From assembly GCF_009914755.1 (NCBI RefSeq), contig NC_060936.1: 64,000 nucleotides of DNA. One strand, 5' to 3'. Source of the DNA: the human T2T-CHM13v2.0 reference genome, Homo sapiens. Positions 12,780-25,236 of this stretch are shown here, piece by piece. The translations under genes and the position numbers were made by a program. The notes beneath the pieces are model-generated. The model made no database searches. It was not told the DNA's origin and saw only the letters and a program-made list of their open reading frames with translations. Every line of letters begins with the position of its first letter. Within the stretch, counting starts at the first letter, position 1.

Positions 12780-14775
12780 TTATGACCTTGGAACTCTCTT
12801 AACCCTTAATTTGCAATCTTGCTGTGAGAATGAAATCAGGTCATATTTCTAACTTGCATTGCACAGTATTTTACACACGGTCTATACCCCTCAAATGTGA
12901 ATCTGCATTCTTAAAAAGAGGGCTAAAGTGCGGTTCCTGCTCTCAGGCAGCTTACAGTCTAAGAAACATTTTTGTAAGAAATGATGACATGGTCATTTTT
13001 CGATAATGACAACGGCCACATATGGATTGCAAAACATGTATAAAATCACTTACCTTAATAAAAGCTATTATCACAAATGAAAAGTAATCCAGAAAAAAAT
13101 AAATATTGATCCAAAAAGCAATGAGAAAAGTGTTCTATTTCATTTAGGGATGGCTAATTAACTCCTGGCAGTCTTCAAAGGAAGTGAAAATGACACACAG
13201 CCTCAAAATAATTAAACTCCCCCCACCCCAAATTAAACAATCCCATGAATAATTCACTCTCAAATATGTTTTCTAAAACAAAAATGAAAAACAAAGGTCT
13301 GTTTCCCAAATGACATCAGACATGCACAGAAAGCTCCCAAGATATCAAATTAAATAAGCGCCATTAATAAATAATTTAATTGCTTTGGCTAATGTGTGAG
13401 GAAGCAGCGTTTGCATCCCAAAAGCTTGGGGGCCTTCAGAGAAGTAAGAAAAGAAAGAAATTCAGATCTCATGGGGGCACAGTTTATATTATAATAGTGT
13501 ATGACTATAATCATTACATTTCCTTTTTATATTAAATTATTATCTAATAACAAAACATCTGGGTGCTAATGAGGTTTTCAAAAGTAATTTTTCTTTCATC
13601 GTGTCCATTCCATGCAGGCCTCTGAGTTTCAAGCAGGGAATTGAACTCAGGGCTTCCCAGGCCCCCACACGGTGAATGAATTCTCTTCTTCCTGCCTCCC
13701 TCCATCCCGCACTACCACTGCGGTTGCCTCAGACAGCTCCCCTGCCCCTCCCCTCCATGCTCTGCTCTGCCTCAGTGATCCCGACCCTTGAAGCTTGCTT
13801 TCTCCAGGATGCCTGGCCTCCTGGTCTCTGACTAGGTTGGCCAGTGAGGGTTTGGGCAGGGGACTGGAAGGCAGGAGGAGGGACGCCTCATGGGCGGCAG
13901 TTCTTGTTAAGGAGTGTCACTCTCTGACCTCACAGTGTCCTCTCCCTGTTTCCCTGTTGTCCCTCCAGCCCTTGCATGGCACAGGCTCCCTGGTTTCCTC
14001 ACGACCTCTGGCATTTCGGCTCTTCCAGTAATTCTCATTAGTGGCCCAGTTAAGTCACCCCTGAAGGCACCTGGCGTGGACTCAGTTTTCCAGGTCAGAC
14101 TCAGACTAAGGTGCTGATCCACCTTCCTCTTCCCAATGCACTCATTCCCCAGTGCCTCCAAATGCCTGACAGCAGACCTCTCTAGTTCCTGCCCTCACAA
14201 AACCTGTGTTTCCCCTGAATTGTGTCACTCTACTCAAAGTGACCAAAGGAAAAAAAGCAGTTTGGTTCATATCACCATACGGTTGATAGGAAATACGAGC
14301 TTCAGGCATGGCTGGATTCAGGTGCTCAATGAACTTCTTTTTATCTCTGAACAAACCCCTTCCAGAGCAGCCCGGTAGCCTGGGTGTTGCGCTCTTGCCC
14401 ACCCTGACCCCGGGCCACTTCATGGTGCTCAAGGTTGTCTTCCATCTCCTAGGTCACGGGGATCTCCTTCAGGTCGCTGCTCTTCCGCACGCAGACGGAA
14501 AACTTCATCTGCTGAAGCTCACACCTGTGGAGCCTCTTAAATTTTCACCTGTGAGACAACCCATCAGTTTTTTGAGAGCTGGTTCAATGTACCTCCTCTC
14601 TGCCATCATCTCCATGCTGGCTTTGGATCAGCCTCTGACAGGATGACTCAGGATGCCAGGTCTTCTTCTTTCCCTTGAATCCTTGCCCCTTAGAGGTTAT
14701 GAACAGGGAGCTTTCGTTACAGCTTAAATACCAGGTTTGTGATCTTGGACACGTTACTTAGAAGCTCTGAGCTTG

Positions 14776-15255
14776 ATCCAGTCTATCATTGTTGGACATT
14801 TGGGTTGGTTCCAAGTCTTTGCTATTGTGAATAGTGCCGCAATAAACATACGTGTGCATGTGTCTTTATAGCAGAAAATTTGGCACATATACACCATGGA
14901 ATACTATGCAGCCATAAAAAATGATGAGTTCATGTCCTTTGTAGGGACATGGATGAAGCTGGAAACCATCATTCTCAGCAAACTATCGCAAGGACAAAAA
15001 ACCAAACACCGCATGTTCTCACTCATAGGTGGGAACTGAACAATGAGAACACATGGACACAGGAAGGGGAACATCACACACCGGGGCTTGTTGTGGGGTG
15101 GGGGGAGGGGGGAGGGTAGCATTAGGAGAAATACCTAATGTTAAATGACGAGTTAATGGGTGCAGCACACCAGCACGGCACATGTATACATATGTAACAA
15201 ACCTGCATGTTGTGCACATGTACCCTAAAACTTAAAGTATAATAAAAAAAAAAAA
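14776..15255 (+). mobile_element. L1PA (about PA3) 3' end with 5' inversion (twin priming), inserted in a MIR
   Basis: 14776-14874 antisense L1, 14875-15255 sense 3' end with poly(A); perfect 16-bp TSD AGAAGCTCTGAGCTTG at 14760-14775 and 15256-15271. Confidence 0.95.
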
Positions 15256-16386
15256 AGAAGCTCTGAGCTTGGTTTCCTCATTCTTGCACCAAATTGTTCC
15301 TGACTTCCTACAATGTAGAAAGGAAAGAGTAGCCCATGAGATGACACAAATCATGCCTCAAAGCAGTTAATATTCTAGCAAGCTAGATAAGTAGTCATAA
15401 TTAGCCAGACTTGTGATGCTATTAATTATTCAATTATTATTGTAAGAATAAATACAAGAGAGAAATACAGGAACATATCACAGGAGAAAGAAGATAATGT
15501 TTTTCTTCTGAAGCCACCATATTCTCCCTCATATCTTAAAACATCAAAGCTTTTTGTCACTTGTTAATGAAGGTGAGAAACTCAGTTCTGTGTATTGTTG
15601 CCTAATGGCTGAATTTGGTGTATCTCTAAACAAACAAACAAATAAACCCCTCAACCTAATTTCCATCGTTAATTCTCTCTGTGAAGGGGCAGGACTGCAA
15701 ATGGCAGGGGGGAAGAGCTCTTTCATAATGATTGACGTAAAGGCAATTTTTTAAATTTTTTAAAAAATAAGTGGGTCATCCTTCCTCTTCGCATCAAGAA
15801 AATTATTCAAGCCAAACATCAAATGTTAACTTTCGCCATTTAATGTTTCACTCACAAATGAAACTTTCATCATCCAACACAAACTGCGTAAGGAAAACGA
15901 TAATTTGTTAAACCACGGAACTGAGAAGGCTCAGCTCTGTCTGTAGGGCCGGCTTCACCTGAGCTCAAACAATGTCATAAACAGCTGCTGTCTCTCTCCC
16001 TGTCTTAGCTGTTCTTCTGTGCAGACTCCACGCGCAAACAGGCTCTCTCTTTCCCAACGTGCGGTGACCACAGAAGCCTCAGCCCCGTGTGCTCCCATCT
16101 TTGTGTCCAGGGCTGTCTTCTCTGAAGGTTCTTGCAAAGCCCTGGGCCTCGCTCTGATTGGACCAGCATAGGCCTCATGCCCGTGCCTGCACTTGTCCCT
16201 GTGGCCAGGAAGACACTGTGCTTTTCATCCAGGCCTTGGTCTTTCATCCCTAGACCACATCTACTGAAACTGACACCAGGCTAGATCCACAAAATGTGGT
16301 GGCTGTTGCTGAAATTTGGCAGTTTAGATCCTGGGAAGGCAAACCAAAATTAGCTACCCAACCTCAAAAACAAAACAAAAGTCTTG

Positions 16387-16683
<297 letters not shown>

Positions 16684-17235
16684 CTCTTGAAGGTAGAAAT
16701 TTTCGCCCTTGCTTCTATGAAGTTCTCAATCTCTAGAAAAGTAAAAGGTCGCAAGTTAAGCAGGAGGCCCTACTTCTATCCGTCACTGTGCTCCTTGTTA
16801 CCATAGGTGGTCACTGCCACTGAGCCTCCATTCAGGGAATGGGCTCTGTTTGCACCTCTGCAGCTCTGAGCTCAGGGCACACCTAGGCAGCCAATAAAAC
16901 CTGCACGCAAACCACATTTTCAAAAAGCATCACTTGTTTTCTACTGACCTTTTGACAATGTAAGCAATTAATTCAGACAATTTTCTGCACAATTAATCTT
17001 ACAGACAGGTTCAAAAGTCTGTCACCTTGCAGCAGGAAAAAGCACTACTGAAAAGAAAGGAAAACTAACCTTTAGTTTCAAGGGTGTGTATGTTCTCCAA
17101 ACTCACCAAATTGTATACATTAAATATATACAGAACACCTCAATAAAATGGTTTTAAAATAATCTATAACATTTCTGCCATTTTTTGGATAGGATACATC
17201 ACATTTTCCCTAAAGAATATGAAACTCTGGGGGCA

Positions 17236-17618
17236 GTATTCATCGTCAGCTGGGGCTGCCGTAACAAAGTCCCAGAAGCTGGGTGGCTTAAACAGCAGAA
17301 ATTTAGTTTTCCTCAGTTCTGGAAGCTGGAAGTCCAAGACCAAGGTGCTGGCAGGGCTGGTTCCTCCTGAGGCCTCTCTCCTAGGCTTGCACTGTCTCCC
17401 TGTGTCCTTCCAGGGTATCATTTCTCTGTGCACGTCTGTGCCCTAATGTCCACTTCCCATAAGGACATTGGTCAGACTGGAATCGAGCCCACCTAATGAC
17501 CTCATTTCAACTTAAGCACCACTTTAAAGCTCACATCTCCAAATGCAGCCCCAGCCTGAGGGGCTGAAAGTTTGGGCTTCCACAGAAGGATCTGGGGGAC
17601 CCAATACAGCCTGCAACA
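17236..17618 (-). mobile_element. MLT1B/C-like solo LTR
   Basis: ggctgccgtaacaaagtcccagaagctgggtggcttaaacagcagaaattta...cagttctggaagctggaagtccaaga. Confidence 0.85.
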
Positions 17619-18259
17619 GTTGGAGAACTTGCTCAGAACCCACCCCAGACCCTACCCCCAGAACTCCCCTGGACACGGCTCCCCACGGCCCCCACCCCTC
17701 AAGCCTGGACAACCTTGGTGCCCTCCTGGCTTCCAGCACCCACCCAGTCCTTCACGCCAGGCTGCTGTTTCCCCAAACAAGTGAGTGTCCTGCTCCCTTC
17801 CAGCACCCCTGACCTTCTCCTGCCTCAGATTCTTTCATGCTGTTCTCGGCTCCTAAATTCAGGCTCGCCTTAAAGCTCGGCCCACGTTTCCATGATAAAG
17901 CACTCTGTGATTATTTGCTGATTCCACCAATATTTTTTTGAGTACCTGTTGTGTGCCTAACACCGATGGCATTCAGAGCTGGTGCACAGCTGTGAGCAGA
18001 ACACAGACCCTTAGGGAGCCCCTGGCCTGCTAGTGGAGATGACCCCAATCCAGGGAGATGTGGGAGCACTGAGGAGAAGCCCCAACCCTGGGGTTCATGG
18101 AGGGCTTCCTGGAAGAGGAAGCAAGGTGAAATCAGAGGCTGCAACGTATGAATTGGTTAGAGGGGTGGGGCTGGAGGAGGGAACCATAATTCAGCCCATA
18201 ATAAGGGCTTAGCCTTGGTACTCTTAAGAACAGTATCCTTTCTGTAGTAAGGAAAATGG

Positions 18260-18614
18260 TGATATGGTTTTGCTGTGTCCCCACCCAAATCTCATCTTGA
18301 AATCCCAAATGTTGTGGGAGGGACCTGGTGGGAGGTAATTGAATCATGTGGGCGGTTCTTTCCTGTGCTGTTCTCAGGATGGTGAATAAGTCTCACAAGA
18401 TCTGATGGTTTTAAAAACAGGAGTTTCCCTGCACAAGCTCTCTCTTTGCCTGCTGCCATCCATGTAAGATGTGACTTGTTCCTCCTTGTCTTCCACCATG
18501 ATTGTGAGGCCTCCCCAGCCATGTGGAATTGTAAGTCCCATTAAACCTCTTTCTTTTGTAAATTGCCCGGTCTCGGGTATGTCATTATCAGCAGGGTGAA
18601 AATGGACTAATACA
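18260..18614 (+). mobile_element. THE1A/B solo LTR
   Basis: TGATATGG...ACTAATACA termini; perfect 5-bp TSD AATGG (18255-18259 and 18615-18619). Confidence 0.95.
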
Positions 18615-21084
18615 AATGGGATTTCATTTGTGCTTAAAATTCTACAGTAGCATATTATTGCTTTTGCCTTTAATAGGAGGACATATTTTAACTACCCTTC
18701 CCTGAGGCTGATTGCAAGGGACATAAGGGAATTCCGATTTAGAGACACGTACCCTTTGACAGGATATGGAACCATGTGGCAAGGGCCTGGGGTGGACAGC
18801 TATAGTGTGTGTGGCCAGCGTCCCTTCTGGGAACAGCACCTGCTCTCCCTGGAAGAACCTCTCTCCCCATCACACATGGCCTTGGTGGGCATGTGACACA
18901 GGCTAAGGCTGCTGGGTCGTCTCTTCCAGCAACATGAATCTCTAGAGGCAAAGATGGGGAGTGGTTGGAGTGGGTCCAAGTGGAAGGAACTGAGACCTTG
19001 ATCCATGGACCTCTGTCCCTTTTAATCTGCCAAGGAAAGGAGCTGATAGAAAGGTAAATTGACCTAGGGTCAGGGCCAAGGGTGAGAGTGGAATGGGTGG
19101 GGCAGGTGTACCTGGCTGTGGTTTCAAACAGAAGCTGAGAAATATAGACTTGGGGAGAGATATTTACTCCTCAAGTGCCAGAGAAGAGAACCAAAGATGG
19201 CAGCTTGCCCTGGGAATGGAAATAGAGCCCGACAGTGATGGGGTCATTAAACCTGAGCTAACACCCAGAATAAAAGCAGTCCAGTTGTAGGAGTCGGATT
19301 GAAAGCTGAGCCGCAGAGCCGCTTGTAGGCCGCTGTGTGTAAATGGATATATTTCCAATCCACTCGCGCCGTGGGGGTTCCTCCATGCACCAAAACCACC
19401 TCTGTGCCTTTTACAGCAGGAGACTCAAAGGGAAGGAATGAACAGCTTTAGAAAGCATGAAATCAAAGGAAGATCAGGAAGAACCTGTCTTTCTGTGGGA
19501 AAGTACTCCTGGCTTTTACTTTTGAAGAGTTGCATCTAAAAGGGACCCTTCATGGCATGAGGCATGAGGCATCTGCTCCAGGCCAGAATCCTCCACGTGT
19601 CCCTCAGGCCCGACTGCACCAACCAGGCAAAAGCCCATGCATGGCAGCGTCTGAAGGGAGCTGCAGTAGAGGGCTGGGTCCCGAGCCGGCCATGCTCACA
19701 GATGCATCTGCATCCGGGGGCCTCCCACCAGCAGACCACTTTTCCCTCCTTTGAATCCAGTCTTTTTCCACTTCTAACCCTTCCCTGTCTCCCTCTCCTC
19801 AAACCCTGGGTCCGAATGAAAGAGCTGGGAGCCTTTCGTTTGGGGCTCCTGAGCTGACCCAGCTGAGCCTCGCAGGTGCATTTCGGTGAGGGATGGACCT
19901 TTGAGCAGCCAGCACGATTTTCCCTTTGCCTCTTTGCTGCACTGTCATGGTGCCTGATGAGGGAACGCTTGACACTGACAGTGGACTCATTTTCTAATCA
20001 TCCATCTCGACACCTGGAAGTCTAATGAGACCCCATTCAGCGTGGCTTTCTCCCGCTCCTGCTCCACTCCCTACCTCCTCCTGTTGTCCATAAAGAAGGG
20101 TGTGCCAGGGAGAGTACACTGAGTCCGGGGAACAGGCATCAGGGGATGCCTGCAGGACCAGCGGGAAGACTGGGCACATCGTATGGACAGTCACCCCCGG
20201 AGGACCCGGGAGCAGCGAATATTTGATCATCGTTCCAGGGACTTTCTGGAATGAATGAACGTTGGCCTCTCTTGGTCTTTTTATCAAAGAGTTCAGGATT
20301 TGGATTCCGGGGAAGGTCATCTCCCAAAAGACTTGGAAAGAACGGGTTAACAATCACTGGGTTTACAGGGATGCTGAACTGCATCACTCGGTAAATCAGT
20401 TGTTCTCAACGAGGAAATTCGTGTGCTACTTCCAAAAGAAAGCGAAGAGATGCTGAGCTGCCTAGAATGAAATATCCCACTGCAATAAGCTCCCTAAAGA
20501 AGGAGAACTTCAAGAGCCCTCGAAGAAACAATGTAGAAAGATTGGGATTCTCACCGACAGCCCTATTCCTTTCAAGCCTAAAATACATGAATGAAGATTC
20601 AGACCTGTAGGTAGAGGGAGAAGACTGAGGTAGATGGAAAGAGGGCAAAGGAGAGCATCTTAGGGATAAGAAAATGTCGGGCAATGGAAGTCGTCATGCA
20701 CCATTTTTCTTGCTTTGTTATCTTCCTGGAAACCATCGGTGTCCTCTTGCCTTGATGACGCTGTCTCCTTTCCTGCACTCAAGTTCCCTCATACTGAGGG
20801 CTGAGTTTATCACAGACTGGTCTGCAGCAACTCTCCTCCTTTCTCCCCAAACACCAAGTCACTGCATCCAACTCACGTCAGTGGAGGGGTTCTCCTTTTC
20901 CCCTTTGAGATTGCAGTATGAGTGAACCACACACATTTCCACCAGTGTCTCCTTCAACCGTCTCCCCCTCGACAAGAACCCTACCTCGCTCAGTATGCAT
21001 AAATGCATGGCTCCAACTCTGGGGCATCAGATCACCCTCGAGAGACGCAAGGTGCCTAAGGGCTTGAGCTTTGTAAAAGCAGGA

Positions 21085-21290
21085 ACCTGGGGTCTGAGTC
21101 CCCATTCTACCAGGCATTAGTCTTGTGACCTTGAGCAAGCTATTAAACTTCTCTAAGCCCATGCTTCCTCAGGCATGAAATAGGGTTGACAACAATAACT
21201 TCCTTGGAAGATTACGTGAGGATCCAATGAGAAACCATGAGTTAAATACTTAGCACGGTGTTTTCACAAGAAGCGTTAGTTGCTGTAATG
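21085..21290 (+). mobile_element. MIR
   Basis: gtgaccttgagcaagctattaaacttctctaagcc...ttcctca MIR core. Confidence 0.75.
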
Positions 21291-22958
21291 CTATTATCCA
21301 GTTTACTTTTACCATACAGCAGAACAGTAAAATAATCCATCACTCTTTATCACTTTCTCTCCTTATTCTAATAAGTCATTTGGTTCCAGGAAAGAACACA
21401 GAAGAGTTTGCAGGTAAGCTGGGGACTTCCCAGTTTAACCCCAAAGTAGAGTTACAGATTGAAATCGGACTTGAAAGGCAGCTGTAAAAAGTGTTCCATA
21501 GACTTGCTATTACAGGTAAACACCAACTTACAATAAAGAACCCCAGAACACTTCAAGAGAGAAACTTAGACCCCAGACCTGGAATGAAAGAGAGACCCCC
21601 ACATTGCCAGCATTGGCAATAGATTTATGTTGGAGCCAACAAAAACGCCTGAAAAACAAACACAATCCCCACGCAGGTTTCCAAACTGCACGCTGCAGGC
21701 TGCTACTGGGGAAGATAATTCATCATCATAAAAACAAACATCCATTTTACACTTGCATGGCAATGCGGATGTCCTTATTTGCATAATGATGGTGATTTGC
21801 ATATGAGGAAAATTTGCCTGAGTGAGTCTTGAGCTCAAAATACATTCAACTATGATACCGTTGGTACAATTTTCTCAAGGATCCCAATTTAATACTATTT
21901 ATCTAATGAAAGGAAAAAAATAAATATTGGCTGTAACATCCCATTATGCTTGAGAGTTGGTTTTAAATTACACTTGAGTAGAGTGAGGGAGTGGTGTTTG
22001 TCTTCCTCTGAAGTGCATATTACAAAGGAGAGTATTGTCTAGAGGTGAGAATTTCTTCACTTTAACAGTTGCTAAAAATGGGCATCTTCAGCCACACACA
22101 TGCACAATTATCTGCAGTAAGCATTTGGTCCACGAACGCAATTACTTCTACCCTAAGTTAGCCACAAGTTGAGAGCAAAGATTGTGTCTTAAAGATAGAT
22201 GCTCTCAGAAAAAAAAAAAAAAGAAAAGAGAGACATCCTCAAGGTGAATTAAAAGGCACATTCCTCAGAAACCTGCAGCACAGGCAGAAACGCAAGCAGA
22301 GCTGGAAATGCTTCTGGACCCTGCATCTTAGGGGAATGGCATTGGAAGCGATCTTCCAGCTGGCTCACCAGAGCTGGTGAGTGCAGCGTGTGCCTCTCTG
22401 GGCTGATTGTGCCTCCTGAGCTTCCCACGTGGCCGTCTGAAATGTGCTGTGTGTCCCTCTTTGCTTCCTTCCCAGGGTGGGTGGACAGAGATGTTGCTGA
22501 ATCTCCATTTCATAGGGAGGGGCCCTGGTGCCATCAAAGCCAAAATAGCCTGTGTCTCGTGCCCACACGCCTACAGTGCCAGCCTGATGACCACACAATT
22601 TTCATCACTGTCCTTCCCACTAGAGTGAATGTTGCTGACGGTCATCTCTTTGGCTTTGCAGCTGTGGCCAGGGCCAGGCGAAGGGAGGAGCAAAGAGTCC
22701 TTCCATGTGACACAGGCCATCTGGACGACTGTCTTTTATACCTTATTGACTGCAATTCACAGCAAGAAATAGAGTATTCGACATTACTCCCTAAAAGGCA
22801 CACAGATGCACATGGGCACACACACATGCAAGGCAGTAGAACCAAAGCTAAACCTCAGAAAACAAGGCTTACACTGCTGCATTCACATGTAACTTATTCT
22901 AGCATTTTCCATCTCATCCCACCCCACGCCATGCCATGCCATCCCATCCCACCCCATC

Positions 22959-23376
22959 TGTGTTAGGCGATTCTTGCATGGCTGTAAAGAAATACCTGAG
23001 ACTGGGTAATTTACAAAGAAAAAAGATTTAATTCCTTCAACGTTCTGCAGGCTGTAGAGGAAGCACGGTGCTGGCATTTGCTCGGCTTCTAGGGAGGCCT
23101 CAGGAAGCTTATCATCATGGCAGAAGGTGAAAGGGGACTGTATGGTCTCACATGGCCAGAGCAGGTGCAAGAGGGGGACTGTTGGGGGTGGGGCGGGAGG
23201 TGCCACCCACTTTTAAATGATCAGATCTCATGAGAACTCACTATCATGAAGAGAGCACCAAGCCATGAGGGATTCACCCACATAATCCAAACACCTCCTA
23301 CCAGGCCCTACCCTCAGCACTGGGGATTACAGTCCAACATGAGATTTAGGTGGGGACAAATACCCAAACTACATCA
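22959..23376 (-). mobile_element. MSTB-like solo LTR inserted in a degenerate (CCATC)n pentamer tract
   Basis: tgtgttaggc...aaactacatca termini; gtgctggcatttgctcggcttctagggaggcctcagg; TSD ccatc/tcatc; pentamer-periodic sequence on both flanks. Confidence 0.9.
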
Positions 23377-23564
23377 TCATCCCATCCTTCCCTATATTAA
23401 ATTACACTCTGCCATGCTTTGCTGTATCATGTTATGCCGTTTCATTTATTTTTAAATGATGACCACATCCCATTAACATGAGTTCAGCACTCACTAATGT
23501 GCCACAAAGCACTGACTGAGATTCTAAAGGACAGGGGAAACAAAACACTAAAACAAAGATGTTG

Positions 23565-23836
23565 ATGATAGTTTATTATATTCATATGATGGTTTAGATA
23601 TTTATATGATGGCTTTTATATGATATTTATATGATAGTTTAGATATTTATATGTTGGTTTAGATATTTACGTGATGGCTTTGTATGATATTTATGTGATG
23701 GTTTAGATATTTATATGATGGTTTTTTATATGATGTTTATATGATAGTTCAGATATTTATATGTTGGTTTAGATATTTACGTGATGGCTTTGTGTGATAT
23801 TTATATGATAGTTTAGATATTTATATGTCAGTTTAG
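23565..23836. repeat. AT-rich minisatellite (20-26 bp monomers, consensus GATATTTATATGATGGTTTA), about 12 units
   Basis: Direct reading of the repeated monomers. Confidence 0.95.
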
Positions 23837-24295
23837 CTGAATAAACCATATTCCAAATGCTTCAGGTTTGTTTCTGCTTCCCATTTGACCTCCTTTTTCT
23901 ATGTCTTAAAAAGAAGTAATTCTTTGGACCGATTACCTGTGAATTACTGTGCTAATTTTTATGGAATAACTAAGGCTTAGGCTCAGAGAAATGAGAGAAT
24001 GAATCAATGAAGGCTTTAGAAAATGATTTAAATCAAGAGCTTCTTAAACCAGCACTGTGGTACAAGCATAAGAGCTCTCCTCTGGGGTTTAGGATGAATC
24101 CAAGCTTTAATCTTTAAAGGAAGAGGCATTTTGCACTGATAAATGAGAAGTCTTCTGGTCCACAGTGAAATATCTGTATGCAAGCCAAATGGTGGAACGA
24201 ACCATCCAAAACTGCCTGCAATGTCAGGTGTGTGACAAAGGTGATTAGGCTTAACCCAGCTTAGACTTCGGAATCCCTCTCAACACAGACCATCA

Positions 24296-24620
<325 letters not shown>

Positions 24621-24914
24621 AAAAATACATGAAATGTATTTGAACCTCAAGTCTGTGCGAAGGTAGATGTGAAGGCTTCCAAAGAAACATTGAGATGTGT
24701 GGTAAATCCTGATATAAGTGAATATTGTTCTTTTTATCTAGGAGATTCTGGTGTTGGATAATCATGGTGATTGTGTGAAATGTCTTTTTCTTTAGGAGGA
24801 AACAAAATTTTGCACAGCAAGTAGATTATAGCTGTTGATGCCACAGCGAGTGGTGGAGAGGGGATGGGTAACTATGTGAGATGATGGATGTGTCCATTTG
24901 TTCCACTACAGTAA

Positions 24915-25236
<322 letters not shown>

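Noticed and set aside
22388-22966. 192-aa ORF and a plus-strand acceptor (ctgac...ctctttggctttgcag at 22661)
   Set aside because: Non-ATG start, no recognisable domain, runs into simple repeat and LTR, and no matching donor found; not supportable as a CDS.
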